Positions 38,930-50,012 are shown, counted from the stretch's first letter. The stretch is 64,000 bases of DNA from Myxococcota bacterium (GCA_036337435.1 JAYZEG010000066.1:29959-93958); one strand, 5' to 3'. The notes: generated from the sequence alone by a model not told the origin. Program-made: numbers and translations.

Positions 38930-39070
38930 ATTCCTTCAGGACGTCGCTCTACCGAGAGGGCGTGACGTTCGGTCCTTGAAACTGACAAAATAGACCTAAC
39001 TCATCTTGACCCCTTACAGCAAGAGTCGCCTCTGATATGGTACTGCCAATCAGTACAGAGAGGGCCAAAG

Positions 39071-39775
39071 ATGAATAAGGTTAAGGCGTCAGCTTTTGAT
39101 GCAATCCAAGATATAACGGATGGGGTTACACTGCTCGTTGGCGGGTTTGGGTTGTCCGGAAATCCGGAAAATTTGATAACAGCCTTACATGAACGAGGGT
39201 CAAAAAATCTGACACTGGTCAGCAATAACGCGGGGACCGATGGGCGCGGACTTGGCGTTCTCTTGGAATCAAGACAAATTACCAAGATGGTTGGGTCCTA
39301 TGTCGGTGAAAACAAAGAATTCGAGCGCCAATTTCTAAGCGGTGAACTCGAAGTCGAACTGTGCCCACAAGGGACTCTAGCGGAACGCCTTAGGGCGGCT
39401 GGTGCTGGGATTCCCGCTTTTTACACGCCCACCGGCGTCGGCACCTTGCGAGCCGAGGGCCGTGAGACTCGGAGTTTCGACGACCGTGAATATTTGCTCG
39501 AGCACGCACTCGGCGGAGACTTCGCATTTGTCAAAGCTTGGAGAGGTGATACGCACGGAAATCTTATTTTTAGAAAAACAGCCAGAAACTTTAACCCACT
39601 GGTCGCTAAGGCAGCTCGTATCACCATTGCCGAGGTCGAAGAACTTGTGCCGGCAGGTGAGCTGGATGCCGACGAAATCCACCTTCCAGGTATTTACATC
39701 CAACGAGTGATTCAGGGGCAGAATTACAACAAATGGATCGAACAACGCACTGTTCGTGAGCGAGAGGGCAACTAA
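39071..39775 (+). CDS. scoA: 3-oxoacid CoA-transferase subunit A
   Basis: [20 protein letters not shown], and RKTARNFNP motifs. Confidence 0.93.
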   Translation: MNKVKASAFDAIQDITDGVTLLVGGFGLSGNPENLITALHERGSKNLTLVSNNAGTDGRGLGVLLESRQITKMVGSYVGENKEFERQFLSGELEVELCPQGTLAERLRAAGAGIPAFYTPTGVGTLRAEGRETRSFDDREYLLEHALGGDFAFVKAWRGDTHGNLIFRKTARNFNPLVAKAARITIAEVEELVPAGELDADEIHLPGIYIQRVIQGQNYNKWIEQRTVREREGN

Positions 39776-39776
39776 A

Positions 39777-40433
39777 ATGTCTTTAACACGAGAGCAAATT
39801 GCCAAACGCGTCGCACAAGAACTCAACGACGGCGACTATGTTAATCTTGGCATCGGTATGCCAACCCTGGTCGCTAATTACATTCCTGTCGGCGTTGATG
39901 TCGTTCTCCAAAGTGAAAACGGGCTCCTTGGTATTGGCCCTTTTCCCTATGAAGGCGATGAAGATCCTGACCTCATCAATGCTGGCAAGCAAACGGTAAC
40001 AACAATCCCAGGATCCGTTTTTTTCGATAGTGCGGAAAGTTTCGCCATGATTCGTGGGGGACATATCGACCTGGCTATCCTGGGTGCCATGCAGGTCTCG
40101 CAGAATGGTGATTTGGCGAATTGGATGATCCCGGGAAAAATGGTCAAGGGCATGGGCGGTGCCATGGATCTCGTTAATGGCGCAAAGCGCGTCATTGTAA
40201 CGATGATACAGACGAGTAAATCCGGTGTATCAAAGCTAGTGGAAAGTTGTACTTTGCCTGTCACTGGGCTCAAATGCGTTGACCGTGTTGTGACCAATCT
40301 CGCAGTCATGGACGTTACAGAGGATGGATTTCTTGTTCGTGAATTAGCACCAGGGATCTCGGCGGCTGACTTCAGCCGTTCGTGTGCGGCGCGTCACCGT
40401 TTTGATGAAAATCTGCGTCCAATTGAGCTGTAG
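39777..40433 (+). CDS. scoB: 3-oxoacid CoA-transferase subunit B
   Basis: [12 protein letters not shown] (catalytic Glu) and GMGGAMDL motifs. Confidence 0.93.
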   Translation: MSLTREQIAKRVAQELNDGDYVNLGIGMPTLVANYIPVGVDVVLQSENGLLGIGPFPYEGDEDPDLINAGKQTVTTIPGSVFFDSAESFAMIRGGHIDLAILGAMQVSQNGDLANWMIPGKMVKGMGGAMDLVNGAKRVIVTMIQTSKSGVSKLVESCTLPVTGLKCVDRVVTNLAVMDVTEDGFLVRELAPGISAADFSRSCAARHRFDENLRPIEL

Positions 40434-40434
40434 A

Positions 40435-41493
40435 ATGGCAGCGAAAAACACATCTCTACGGCCCGTGGGACACGCATACTTCCACAGTGCACGTTCGATC
40501 ATGAATCTCATGTTGACTGGCCTCATTATTTCTTGTCAAAGTGCCGCGCCTGTAGAATTGGCCGCGCAGGACGCTATGTTAGACAATAATTCCCTCGGTA
40601 CTGACAGCGCGTCCCATATGGAATCAACGGACATGTCTCCCGCTCATCTCGATATGGAATCTGGCGACCCGTTTTGCACCGAAGTCGAACACCAATGTGC
40701 AAACGGCTTGGACGATGATTGTGACGGACTGATCGATGAATGCGCGATGGCTGAGACATGCCAAAATGGCGTCTGCATGCCGGAGGGGTTGGTTGGACAA
40801 TGTGAGGATCATCTTGACTGTGAATCCACATCTTTGTGCCTGAACAACCAATGTGAAGCAATTCGCCTCGATTCATGCGGTGACGCCGAACAGTGTATCG
40901 GCCAAGAGCAATGTTCTACGATTGATGCATGTGGGGCTAGGCCAAGCTGCTACGGTACGTTGGGTGCCTCATGTGAGTCAAATTGCCAATGTACGGGTCG
41001 CCTGATCTGTGCTGATTCATCGACGAGCTGCATCGAATGCCTTCATGGTGGCCAGTGCGACGCCACAGAAATCTGTGGCGAGAATGGCCTTTGCACGCAG
41101 GAGGTCGATGTCGGCCTGGCACCAACTGCTGCGGAACTCAACAGCTTGATTATTGAAGAGCTGATGGCTTGTGTAAGTAGGGCTGTGGGGAAGCAAGCGA
41201 ATGGCTGTACTGCATTTACCTATAGGAACGAGATGGCCCCAGATAATGCAGACGCGCTGACCAACGCTCTGGAACGCGCATTGACATCGTGTGATCAGCT
41301 TACCGACAGGAAACTCAGAAAGCTCATTGGATGCGATGATATGCCAGGCCATCTCTGGGTTAAAACCCCATTAGAGTTCACACCTGGTGCCTTCGCTTGT
41401 CTCAGCTTCTTACCCTACCCCACTTCTGGAGCCCCTGCCTCCGATGGCTGGTTCATAGTCGTCGATAACTGCGCGGCTCAAGCACCCAATTGA
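40435..41493 (+). CDS. Cys-rich putative lipoprotein (CxNGLDDDCDGLIDE motif plus EGF/Dickkopf-like repeats)
   Basis: LIIS|C lipobox-like signal; repeated C-x4/5-C-x4-C-x3/4-C units. Start is ATG 40435 or 40501. Confidence 0.65.
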   Translation: MAAKNTSLRPVGHAYFHSARSIMNLMLTGLIISCQSAAPVELAAQDAMLDNNSLGTDSASHMESTDMSPAHLDMESGDPFCTEVEHQCANGLDDDCDGLIDECAMAETCQNGVCMPEGLVGQCEDHLDCESTSLCLNNQCEAIRLDSCGDAEQCIGQEQCSTIDACGARPSCYGTLGASCESNCQCTGRLICADSSTSCIECLHGGQCDATEICGENGLCTQEVDVGLAPTAAELNSLIIEELMACVSRAVGKQANGCTAFTYRNEMAPDNADALTNALERALTSCDQLTDRKLRKLIGCDDMPGHLWVKTPLEFTPGAFACLSFLPYPTSGAPASDGWFIVVDNCAAQAPN

Positions 41494-41496
41494 GGT

Positions 41497-41532
41497 AAAA
41501 AAAAACGGGCTCCGAAAAGAATCAGAGCCCGT
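41497..41532 (-). terminator. Rho-independent terminator of the alpha operon
   Basis: Minus strand ACGGGCTC..loop..GAGCCCGT followed by a T-run, just downstream of rplQ. Confidence 0.85.
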
Positions 41533-41572
41533 AGAGGGTGCATTAACCAACGAGGTCTTTTGGACAAACTCG

Positions 41573-42319
41573 CTAGGCGCCGTCTTTCTTGTCGGCCGCA
41601 GGCTTTTCGTCGGCCGCAGGCTTTTCGTCGGCGGCAGGCTCTTCTGCGGCTGCCTCAGCTGCAGGCTCTTCTGCGGCTGCCTCAGCTGCAGGCTCTTCTG
41701 CGGCTGCCTCAGCTGCAGGCTCTTCTGCGGCAGGCTCCTCTGCGGCCGCCTCAGCTGCAGGCTCTTCTACAGCTGCCTCAGCTGCAGGCTCTTCTGCAGC
41801 TGCTTCGACTACAGGCTCCTCTGCAGCAGCCTCGACGACAGGCTCATCAGCGGCTGCTGTACCTGTGGGTGCCTCGGCTTTCGGCTTGCTGATTTTCTCA
41901 TAGCCCTCGGGCAAGAGTTCAATGATGGCAAGCTCGGCATTGTCGCCGTATCGGCGACCAACACGGAGTACGCGTGTGTACCCACCCTCTCGGTCAACGA
42001 AACGCTCTGCCAAATCACCGAATAGCTTCTGGAGTGCAAAACGATTTCGCACGAGCTTACCGGCTTGACGGACCGCAGCAACGCGGGCTGCGGACAAACG
42101 CGCCTTCTCCTGTTCACCCTGAGCTTTGGCGACAATGCTCGGCGCGTTTCGCTTTCCCAGAGTAATCAACTTCTCAATTATCGGGCGCAGCTCTTTCGCC
42201 TTTGCTGCTGTCGTCTGAATCCGCTCTTCCTCAATCAGTGAGGTTGCCATGTTTCGAAACATAGCAGAGCGATGACTCGAGTTTCGGCCGAGCTTACGTC
42301 CGGACTTTCGATGTCGCAT
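41573..42319 (-). CDS. rplQ: 50S ribosomal protein bL17 with a long Ala/Glu/Pro-rich C-terminal tail
   Basis: [23 protein letters not shown] and GGYTR motifs. Confidence 0.97.
   Translation of the reverse strand: MRHRKSGRKLGRNSSHRSAMFRNMATSLIEEERIQTTAAKAKELRPIIEKLITLGKRNAPSIVAKAQGEQEKARLSAARVAAVRQAGKLVRNRFALQKLFGDLAERFVDREGGYTRVLRVGRRYGDNAELAIIELLPEGYEKISKPKAEAPTGTAAADEPVVEAAAEEPVVEAAAEEPAAEAAVEEPAAEAAAEEPAAEEPAAEAAAEEPAAEAAAEEPAAEAAAEEPAADEKPAADEKPAADKKDGA
41591..41850 (-). repeat. Coding tandem repeats in rplQ (27-bp AAAEEPAAE units and 18-bp ADEKPA units)
   Basis: Three perfect GCAGGCTCTTCTGCGGCTGCCTCAGCT copies at 41634-41714, several degenerate copies, and an 18-bp unit repeated 2-3 times. 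Confidence 0.9.
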
Positions 42320-42349
42320 TTCTTTGCTCCCTAGCCCACTTAACGTGGA

Positions 42350-43357
42350 TCATTTGCCCCGACGGGCGTCTGGATTCCAACCTTCGAGTTCCATACCCAA
42401 GGAAAGCCCCATAACCGCGAGAATATCTTTGATCTCGCGAAGAGACTTTCGACCAAAATTCTTTGTTTTGAGCATCTCGGCTTCGGTTTTTTGTACGAGT
42501 TCACCGATGAGCTTGATATTCGCATTCTGTAAACAGTTTGCAGACCGCACAGACAACTCAAGTTCATCAACACTGCGATAGAGATTTTCGTTTTGAAGGA
42601 TCTCATTCTCGACAGTTTCTTCCTCGTACTCAGGCTCCGCCTCCTCATCAAAATTGATAAAAATCTGAACCTGCTCTTTGAGAATTTTCGCACCGTAGGC
42701 GATTGCATCGGCCGGTGCCACGCTACCATCGGTCCATACTTCCAATGCCAAGCGGTCATAATCTGTCCGCTGGCCAACACGTGCATTGTTGACATTAAAG
42801 TTTACACGGCGAACCGGGCTAAACATGGAGTCGATGGCGATGGTCCCGACGGGCATGTTTTCGGTCTTGTTCCGCTCGGCTGGGACGTAACCGTACCCAG
42901 TCCGGACCGTAAGTTCCATTACGAGACGACCACCATCATTGAGTGTTGCGATGTGCTGCTCCGGATTGAGCACATCTAATTGGGGGTCGGCGATGATATC
43001 AGCTGCCGTCACAGCACCTTCCTTAGTCGTGTCAATTCGGAGAACCCGAGGCTCCAGGGTATGCGCCTTGAACCGAACCTGCTTCAGATTAAGGATGATT
43101 TCTGTCACATCTTCCAAAACGTCCGGGACGCTTGTGAATTCATGGAGCACCCCGTCGATGCGTATGGCTGTGATCGCTGAGCCCTGCAAAGAAGACAGCA
43201 AAATCCGTCGGAGCGAATTACCGACAGTGATCCCAAATCCACGTTCAAATGGCTCAGCTATGAACTTGCCGTAACCCTCATTTGATTCGTCGACGACGAT
43301 GCCGGAAGGCCGAATCAACTCACGCCAATTCTTCGAAATTATTTCCATGGGTTCCAT
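42350..43357 (-). CDS. rpoA: RNA polymerase alpha subunit
   Basis: [20 protein letters not shown] and [17 protein letters not shown] motifs. Confidence 0.98.
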   Translation of the reverse strand: MEPMEIISKNWRELIRPSGIVVDESNEGYGKFIAEPFERGFGITVGNSLRRILLSSLQGSAITAIRIDGVLHEFTSVPDVLEDVTEIILNLKQVRFKAHTLEPRVLRIDTTKEGAVTAADIIADPQLDVLNPEQHIATLNDGGRLVMELTVRTGYGYVPAERNKTENMPVGTIAIDSMFSPVRRVNFNVNNARVGQRTDYDRLALEVWTDGSVAPADAIAYGAKILKEQVQIFINFDEEAEPEYEEETVENEILQNENLYRSVDELELSVRSANCLQNANIKLIGELVQKTEAEMLKTKNFGRKSLREIKDILAVMGLSLGMELEGWNPDARRGK

Positions 43358-43615
43358 CTCAATATCCTTTATCTCTTGAGAGCGCTTGAACAGGTCCACT
43401 CCACTTGTCACGCCATCTCCCTAGGCGTAACGGGCACCACCCTGCTCAGCTTATGGTGGAATTTACACTCACTAATCAAGTGGCCAATCAGTGGTTATCA
43501 CAATCACCCGCCGGGGGCGACAAAGGGGCCACTGTGCTTGACCGTTCTTTCCAAACAAACAGACTTTATCCAACGGTGCGGACCATGCCGGAGCGAGGTC
43601 CAAGCCGAATACGTC

Positions 43616-44005
43616 TTATACCCGCCGACGCTTTGGGGGCCTACACCCATTATGCGGCACTGGCGTGACATCACGAATGCTCGTGATCTTGAATCCAACG
43701 CTGCTCAGCGCACGTAACGCTGCCTCACGACCGGAGCCTGGTCCATTTACGAAAACCGCCAATGAACGCATCCCATGTTCGCGTGCCTTGTTACCCGCAT
43801 CCTCTGCAGCAAGCTGTGCCGCGAATGGCGTACTCTTTCGAGACCCTTTGAATCCGCGAGACCCTGCCGATGACCACGATACGGCGTTACCCTGCACATC
43901 AGTAATGGTAATAATTGTGTTGTTGAAAGTCGCTTGGATGTGAGCAATACCCGACTGGATATTCTTACGGACTTTCTTTCTGCTTTTTGTCGAGTATTTA
44001 GACAT
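43616..44005 (-). CDS. rpsK: 30S ribosomal protein uS11
   Basis: [13 protein letters not shown] and [13 protein letters not shown] motifs. Confidence 0.98.
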   Translation of the reverse strand: MSKYSTKSRKKVRKNIQSGIAHIQATFNNTIITITDVQGNAVSWSSAGSRGFKGSRKSTPFAAQLAAEDAGNKAREHGMRSLAVFVNGPGSGREAALRALSSVGFKITSIRDVTPVPHNGCRPPKRRRV

Positions 44006-44020
44006 AGTGCTACCCGCGCC

Positions 44021-44389
44021 TTACTTCTTCTTCTTGGTTACAGTACGACGTGGTCCCTTACGGGTACGTGCATTGGTCTTCGTACGCTGGCCACGAACGG
44101 GCAAACCACGACGGTGCCGCAGGCCACGATAGCAACCGAGGTCTTTTAGCCGCTTGATGTTCAATTGAACTTGGCGTCTAAGATCACCTTCAACCTTGAA
44201 ATTGTCTTCAATGACCTGACGGATATTACGCACATCGACCTCTGATAGGGAGTCGCTACGCAAATTTGGGTCCAGACCACACTTCTCAATGATTTCTTGA
44301 GATGTAGTTGGCCCGATTCCATGAATGTAGGTCAAAGCTACGATAATCCGCTTATTACGCGGAAGGTCGACACCGGCAATACGTGCCAT
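44021..44389 (-). CDS. rpsM: 30S ribosomal protein uS13
   Basis: [10 protein letters not shown]...[17 protein letters not shown]. Confidence 0.98.
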   Translation of the reverse strand: MARIAGVDLPRNKRIIVALTYIHGIGPTTSQEIIEKCGLDPNLRSDSLSEVDVRNIRQVIEDNFKVEGDLRRQVQLNIKRLKDLGCYRGLRHRRGLPVRGQRTKTNARTRKGPRRTVTKKKK

Positions 44390-44411
44390 TTTGTTGCCTC
44401 CTGCAGGCGTC

Positions 44412-44525
44412 TCAGCCCTGGCGCTGTTTGTGTCTCGGGTTTTCGCAGATGACCCGGATCACTCCGTGCCGCTTGATAACCCTGCACTTGTCACAAATTG
44501 GTTTTACTGAAGCACGTACCTTCAT
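44412..44525 (-). CDS. rpmJ: 50S ribosomal protein bL36 (zinc-ribbon type), not in the ORF track
   Basis: Hand translation: [37 protein letters not shown]. Confidence 0.97.
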   Translation of the reverse strand: MKVRASVKPICDKCRVIKRHGVIRVICENPRHKQRQG

Positions 44526-44570
44526 TGGTCTGCTCCCATTTCTTCTATTTAACGTTTCGCGCTGTCCAGA

Positions 44571-45896
44571 TTACGCCGCGTCTTGTCCGCGACTTCTTAT
44601 TCTGGAACCCCGCTCATTAGAAAGCCCTTCGTAATCTCTCGAAATCAAATGGCTTTCGATCTGTTGCACCGTATCGAGGGCAACAGAGACAATAATTAAC
44701 AGTGACGTTCCACCGAAGTAGAATGACACCTTGAACTGATCCTGCACTAGCATCGGCACGACACAGACTGCAGCGACGTAAATCGCGCCACCGAATGTCA
44801 ACCGTGTCAGAACATGGTCTATATATTCGGCGGTCTTCGCTCCAGGTCTGATCCCTGGAATGTAGCCTCCGAACTTCTTGAGATTTTCCGCGACATCGAC
44901 GGGATTGAACATGACCGCCGTGTAAAAGAAGCAGAAGAAGATGTTCAGCGCGCTAAACATCAACATATAACGCCAATCGCCGATCATCAGCGCGTTCCTT
45001 AACCCAACAGCCCAACCCGCATCGGTCCAACTTAGGATCGTCTGTGGAAACATGAGGATAGACGACGCGAAAATCGGAGGGATGACACCGGCCATGTTCA
45101 CGCGCAGCGGTAAGTGGGTTGATTGGGCTGCACCTACTCGATTGCCGACCAAACGCTTGGCATACTGCACAGGGATACGCCGCTGTCCTCGCTCAACAAA
45201 GACAATGAAAGCGATGACCGCATACACGACGGCGCACAAGGCGATGAGCGTCATTAGGTCCATCGTCTCATTGCTGAAGGACGACCCGATTTGAACCAAC
45301 GCATCGGGCAGCCCCGCAACGATCCCAGCGAAGATGATCAGACTCATCCCGTTACCGATACCACGTTCTGTAATCTGCTCGCCGAGCCACATGATGAATG
45401 TACTACCAGCCGTGAGCGTCAACACTGTCATGAAGTAGAAAAAAGCGTCGGGATTGCGAACAATTTGGCCAACACCACTCTGAGAATTTAGATTCTCGAG
45501 GTATGACGCGATGAAAAAACCCTGTACAACCGACAATGCAACCGTCGCATAACGGGTCCACTGGTTGATTTTCTTCCGGCCCTGCTCGCCTTCCTTGTTC
45601 AGGCGGTCTAGCGTCGGAATGACGACCGTTAACAGTTGGAAAATAATCGAAGCCGATATGTAGGGCATGATCCCGAGCGCGAATACACTCAGCTGCTCAA
45701 TTGCCCCTCCACTAAACATATTGAAAAGACCTAGAAAGCCAGTGGTCTGGCTGGCCATGAACTTCGACATAGCGGCACGATCGACACCCGGGAGCGTCAC
45801 AAAGACACCAATACGATAAACGGCCAACAACGACAGAGTAAACATGATCCGTCGTCGTAATTCGGCTATCTGAAATATTTTGATAATGGTGTCCAC
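44571..45896 (-). CDS. secY: Protein translocase subunit SecY
   Basis: [37 protein letters not shown] and GGTSLLI motifs. Confidence 0.98.
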   Translation of the reverse strand: MDTIIKIFQIAELRRRIMFTLSLLAVYRIGVFVTLPGVDRAAMSKFMASQTTGFLGLFNMFSGGAIEQLSVFALGIMPYISASIIFQLLTVVIPTLDRLNKEGEQGRKKINQWTRYATVALSVVQGFFIASYLENLNSQSGVGQIVRNPDAFFYFMTVLTLTAGSTFIMWLGEQITERGIGNGMSLIIFAGIVAGLPDALVQIGSSFSNETMDLMTLIALCAVVYAVIAFIVFVERGQRRIPVQYAKRLVGNRVGAAQSTHLPLRVNMAGVIPPIFASSILMFPQTILSWTDAGWAVGLRNALMIGDWRYMLMFSALNIFFCFFYTAVMFNPVDVAENLKKFGGYIPGIRPGAKTAEYIDHVLTRLTFGGAIYVAAVCVVPMLVQDQFKVSFYFGGTSLLIIVSVALDTVQQIESHLISRDYEGLSNERGSRIRSRGQDAA

Positions 45897-45908
45897 GGTT
45901 TATCCGCC

Positions 45909-46361
45909 TTACTTCTCGACCAATTCTACGGTTCCGCCAGCGGCCGTAATCTTCTCGGCCGCCGAACTGCTGAACTTGTGTGCGCGAACAGTAAATGCCG
46001 CTGACACATTGCCCTGACCCAAAATCTTCAGACGATCTGGACCTTTCTTGACCTTGCCATTAGCCTTGAGGTAGTCGATATCGATGACGACCGATGCGTC
46101 GAGCCCCTCAAATGCGGATAGATTGATAACCGCATATTCTGTTCGATTGCGTGGTACGAAGCCTCGTTTAGGCAATCGTCGAGCAAGAGGCATCTGGCCG
46201 CCTTCGAAACCCGGTGCAGGCTTTCCGCCGCCGCGCCGCGCTTTCTGGCCCTTATGCCCTGCACCAGCCGTTTTACCCCAACCTGATGACTCACCGCGTC
46301 CGATCCGCTTCTTTTTTCGGACGGCACCGGGAGCAGGCGTCAAATTGCTTAGCTCACTCAT
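45909..46361 (-). CDS. rplO: 50S ribosomal protein uL15
   Basis: GRG..SG.GKTAG.GHKGQ and FEGGQMPL.RRLPKRGF motifs. Confidence 0.97.
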   Translation of the reverse strand: MSELSNLTPAPGAVRKKKRIGRGESSGWGKTAGAGHKGQKARRGGGKPAPGFEGGQMPLARRLPKRGFVPRNRTEYAVINLSAFEGLDASVVIDIDYLKANGKVKKGPDRLKILGQGNVSAAFTVRAHKFSSSAAEKITAAGGTVELVEK

Positions 46362-46365
46362 GATC

Positions 46366-46551
46366 TTAATCTTCCACAATCTCAAACGAAACCAAGTGAC
46401 TGACGGCATTTAGCATGCCTCGTACCGCCGGTGTATCCTCTAAGATACGCTCTTGGTTCAGTTTTTTAAGCCCGAGTCCGCGGAGTGTTGCCCGCTGCTT
46501 CTCGGAACGCCCAATGCCGCTCTTCGTTTGAATGACACGTACCTTGCTCAT
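46366..46551 (-). CDS. rpmD: 50S ribosomal protein uL30
   Basis: [24 protein letters not shown] motif. Confidence 0.97.
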   Translation of the reverse strand: MSKVRVIQTKSGIGRSEKQRATLRGLGLKKLNQERILEDTPAVRGMLNAVSHLVSFEIVED

Positions 46552-46571
46552 GTCCTTCTTACCTCCGTTGC

Positions 46572-47081
46572 CTAGGGCGCGATATGGCCGATTTCTTCGA
46601 CCGACTTGCCACGACGTGATGCCATGTCAGCTGGCGACACAAGTTGCTGTAAAGCGTCGACGGTTGCCCGAACGACGTTGTTCGCATTACTTGTCCCGAG
46701 CGACTTGGTCAGCACGTTACGAATGCCTGCTGCTTCGAGCACCGCGCGAACAGGACCACCGGCGATAACACCCGTACCTTCACTCGCGGGTCGCAAAAGC
46801 ACCCGGCCTGCGCCGTGATGTCCGATAACGTCATGCGGAATTGTTCCGTTAATGACAGGTACATCAAACATCGCTTTGCGCGCCCGCTCATTGCCCTTGC
46901 GAATCGCGTCGGGGACTTCATTAGCCTTACCCATCGCGACACCGACACTGCCGTTGCCATCTCCAACAACGACGAGCGCGCTGAAACTAAAGCGCCGACC
47001 GCCTTTGACGACCTTCGACACACGATTAATGTCTACTACTTTATCGAGTAGATCGTTCTCTACTTGGTTTTGAATAGCCAA
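46572..47081 (-). CDS. rpsE: 30S ribosomal protein uS5
   Basis: [15 protein letters not shown] and GTGVIAGG motifs. TTG start at 47081 follows GGAG. Confidence 0.96.
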   Translation of the reverse strand: MAIQNQVENDLLDKVVDINRVSKVVKGGRRFSFSALVVVGDGNGSVGVAMGKANEVPDAIRKGNERARKAMFDVPVINGTIPHDVIGHHGAGRVLLRPASEGTGVIAGGPVRAVLEAAGIRNVLTKSLGTSNANNVVRATVDALQQLVSPADMASRRGKSVEEIGHIAP

Positions 47082-47233
47082 CGCGTCCGCTCCAAAACTC
47101 GAATTAATTCCGAAAAGCCAAGGGCCAATTCCACCCACAACGGGGGCGACCTTCTAGCTTATCCAGCTTATATTTGTCAACTCTGTCGATTAGACAGCCG
47201 GAAAATTCCGGTAATTTCAGCAAATCCCTTCGC

Positions 47234-47611
47234 TTAGAAGGTCAATCCGCCGCTTCTAGCACCGTCTGCCACAGCTTTCACACGGCCGTGATAGATGAAT
47301 CCATTTCGGTCGAATACGACCGTTCCAATTTCTTTGTCTTTGCACAGTGTTGCGATCGTTTGACCGACCAACTCAGCGACCTCGGTCTTCTTCTTGCCAT
47401 CGAGTTGTTCCCGGATGGCCGAAGACTGACTTGAGGCAGAGGCGATAGTCTTCCCACTGACGTCATCAATGACCTGAGCGTAGATGTGCTTATTTGAGCG
47501 AAAAACCGACAAGCGTGGCCGCTGTTCCGTACCACGAATGCGCTGTCGGATAGACCGCTTCCGTCTCTGCCGTGACGCCTCTTTTTTGTTCTTAATAGCC
47601 ACTTCAGTCAC
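47234..47611 (-). CDS. rplR: 50S ribosomal protein uL18
   Basis: [16 protein letters not shown] and FDRNG..YHGRV motifs. Confidence 0.97.
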   Translation of the reverse strand: MTEVAIKNKKEASRQRRKRSIRQRIRGTEQRPRLSVFRSNKHIYAQVIDDVSGKTIASASSQSSAIREQLDGKKKTEVAELVGQTIATLCKDKEIGTVVFDRNGFIYHGRVKAVADGARSGGLTF

Positions 47612-47625
47612 CTCAAGACCGACCC

Positions 47626-48165
47626 CTAACGGGCGCCGGACTTGCCTTCCTTACGTCGAATTACTTCGTCACTGTACTTAATGCCCTTACCTTTGTAGGG
47701 CTCAGGTGGACGGAAGCTACGGATTTCCGCTGCAGTCTTACCGACCAACTGCTTATCTACACCGCTCAACGCGAGCTGGGTCGGTGATGCGAGTTTGGCT
47801 TCGACCCCTGCTGGAAGCTCATAATAAATCGGGTGGCTGTACCCAAGACTAAAGATGAGGTACTCACCCTTCGCTTGGCATCGATAACCAACACCGATGA
47901 TATCCAAAGACTTGGTGAAACCAGTCGACACGCCTTCTACCGAATTGAATACCAGAGACCGAGCCAGCCCATGCATGGCTCGCGCTTCTCGACCATCATT
48001 GTCACGCGTGACCTGAAGTTGGCCGTCGTTATTTTCAACCGATACAAGTGGCGGCATCGTCTGCGTGATCTCGCCCTTGGGTCCCTTTGCACTGAACTTG
48101 CCGTCACTGAACTCAACGGTCACACCGCTGGGTATCTTGACGGGAAGCTTGCCGATACGAGACAT
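47626..48165 (-). CDS. rplF: 50S ribosomal protein uL6
   Basis: MSRIGK and [10 protein letters not shown] motifs. Confidence 0.98.
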   Translation of the reverse strand: MSRIGKLPVKIPSGVTVEFSDGKFSAKGPKGEITQTMPPLVSVENNDGQLQVTRDNDGREARAMHGLARSLVFNSVEGVSTGFTKSLDIIGVGYRCQAKGEYLIFSLGYSHPIYYELPAGVEAKLASPTQLALSGVDKQLVGKTAAEIRSFRPPEPYKGKGIKYSDEVIRRKEGKSGAR

Positions 48166-48189
48166 CACTAATTCCTTTCTTCAGGCCAA

Positions 48190-48588
48190 TTACCAGACGG
48201 AGCAGATGTGCTCGCCGCCCAGGTGCAATGCTCTTGCCTGCGCGTCGGTCATCACACCGCGTGATGTCGATAATATGGCAACTCCCAGCCCACTGCGGAC
48301 GCTTGGGATGTTCTTGGCTTTCACATAGGCTCGCCGCCCAGGCTTCGAGACACGCTCAAGGTGCGTGATCACCGGAGAGTTGTCGTGCATATACTTGAGG
48401 TATACACAAATGACATCCTGCCGGTTATCCTTGACGATCTTAAAATTCCGAACAAAACCTTCCTGCAATAGAAGGTTGACAATCCGGAGCTTCAAATTGG
48501 AAGCCGGAATGAGTACCTTTTCATGATTAACCGCCGATGCATTCCGTATACGGGTCAGCAGGTCGGCAATCGGATCGGTCATTCCCAT
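48190..48588 (-). CDS. rpsH: 30S ribosomal protein uS8
   Basis: DPIADLLTRIRN, SKPGRR.Y and STS.GV motifs. Confidence 0.98.
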   Translation of the reverse strand: MGMTDPIADLLTRIRNASAVNHEKVLIPASNLKLRIVNLLLQEGFVRNFKIVKDNRQDVICVYLKYMHDNSPVITHLERVSKPGRRAYVKAKNIPSVRSGLGVAILSTSRGVMTDAQARALHLGGEHICSVW

Positions 48589-48678
48589 CGGTTTATTCCT
48601 TACTCTATGGGTTGCCTAACTTGACAACACTTCGAGGCGAGCTGCGCCGCGCCTCATCCCTTCAAACAGAACGCGTCG

Positions 48679-49239
48679 TTACTTCGCACCGCCGACTTGC
48701 CTGAATGGCATGCCGAGCTGGCGCAGTAGAGCGCGACCCTCTTCATCAGTCTTAGCCGTCGTCACAAACGTGATATTCAGGCCCTTAATTTTATCTACTT
48801 TGTCGTAATCAATCTCGTGGAAGATGATGTGTTCCTTGATCCCCATGGAAAAGTTTCCTTTCCCATCGAACCCCTTCGGATTGATTCCTCGGAAGTCACG
48901 TACGCGAGGCAGCGCGATGCTGACCAAGCGGTCTAGAAATTCCCACATCCGCTCTTGCCTCAAGGTAACAGAGCAGCCGATGGGCATACCCTGACGAAGC
49001 TTGAACGTCGCGATGGACTTCTTCGCTTTGGTGACGACCGCCTTCTGTCCAGCGATCGCACTCAATTCACGCTGCGCACCCTCGATAATTTTCGGGTTCT
49101 GCACAGCCTCGCCGAGGCCCATGTTGGCAACGATTTTTACAAGCTTTGGCACCTGGTGAGGATTTTCATACTTGAATTCCTCCCGGAGTGAACCTCGAAC
49201 CTGCTCTTCGTACTGCTTCTTCAATCGTGGCGCGCTCAT
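48679..49239 (-). CDS. rplE: 50S ribosomal protein uL5
   Basis: [24 protein letters not shown] and FDG.GN motifs. Confidence 0.98.
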   Translation of the reverse strand: MSAPRLKKQYEEQVRGSLREEFKYENPHQVPKLVKIVANMGLGEAVQNPKIIEGAQRELSAIAGQKAVVTKAKKSIATFKLRQGMPIGCSVTLRQERMWEFLDRLVSIALPRVRDFRGINPKGFDGKGNFSMGIKEHIIFHEIDYDKVDKIKGLNITFVTTAKTDEEGRALLRQLGMPFRQVGGAK

Positions 49240-49610
49240 TCGAAAACCTCGCCTGTCTTGGCGCAAAACCGCACCTTCGTTACTTTGCCACTCGATTCAC
49301 CGTAGCTTGCAACCGCATCGGATTTGGACGGAAACTGATTGCCGTCCTTCCCGACATAACGGAATTGAGTACGAACACCGCGACCTAATTCCTCCGAGAA
49401 CAGCAGGACATTGGATACGTCTAAGAACGCTTCTTTGTCCATGATGCCACCCTCAGACCCATCCGGTCCTGGCTTTTTGTGACGCTTGACCATGTTCAGC
49501 CCTTCGACAATGACTCGGCCTTTTCGGCTGTCAACGCGTACTACGTTGCCAACCTCGCCTTTGTCCTTGCCGGCGATTACCTGAACTTTATCTCCAGTTT
49601 TAACGTGCAT
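49236..49610 (-). CDS. rplX: 50S ribosomal protein uL24 with a C-terminal insertion
   Basis: KOW motif [20 protein letters not shown]...SNV motifs. Confidence 0.96.
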   Translation of the reverse strand: MHVKTGDKVQVIAGKDKGEVGNVVRVDSRKGRVIVEGLNMVKRHKKPGPDGSEGGIMDKEAFLDVSNVLLFSEELGRGVRTQFRYVGKDGNQFPSKSDAVASYGESSGKVTKVRFCAKTGEVFE

Positions 49611-49643
49611 TTCTTCGTCCTTCGCTGGTCAGCCGACCAGCCC

Positions 49644-50012
49644 TCAGAGTACTTCCGGGGCAAGCGAAACAATCTTCATAAACTTTCGAGCTCGCAGTTC
49701 GCGAGCAACCGGCCCAAAAATACGCGTGCCAACCGGCTCATTTGCGTCATTTATCAGGACGGCTGAATTCACATCGAACTTGATGTGCGAACCATCTGCC
49801 CGTCGTATTTCTTTCTTCGTGCGTACAACCACCGCGCGCTTAAGGTCACCCTTTTTAACCCGCGAGTTTGGCAGCGCCTCTTTGATGCTCACGACTATGA
49901 TGTCACCAATAGACGCGTATTTGCGCTTTGACCCACCTAGCACCTTGATACACTGGAGCTTTTTCGCGCCAGAGTTGTCGGCTGCCGTGAGCATACTTTG
50001 CATCTGTATCAC
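49644..50012 (-). CDS. rplN: 50S ribosomal protein uL14
   Basis: [19 protein letters not shown] and SLAPEVL motifs. Confidence 0.98.
   Translation of the reverse strand: MIQMQSMLTAADNSGAKKLQCIKVLGGSKRKYASIGDIIVVSIKEALPNSRVKKGDLKRAVVVRTKKEIRRADGSHIKFDVNSAVLINDANEPVGTRIFGPVARELRARKFMKIVSLAPEVL

Noticed and set aside
41591..41850. Tandem 27-bp repeats as a possible CRISPR array
   Set aside because: There are no unique spacers, the units are in-frame coding repeats within rplQ, and no cas genes are present.
44526..44570. adk, map and infA absent between secY and rpmJ
   Set aside because: Direct secY-rpmJ adjacency also occurs in well-known genomes such as E. coli, so it is unremarkable on its own.
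48589..48678. Possible rpsN pseudogene remnant (GTTGTCAAG, 'VVK') in the spacer
   Set aside because: The match is only about three codons and is compatible with chance.
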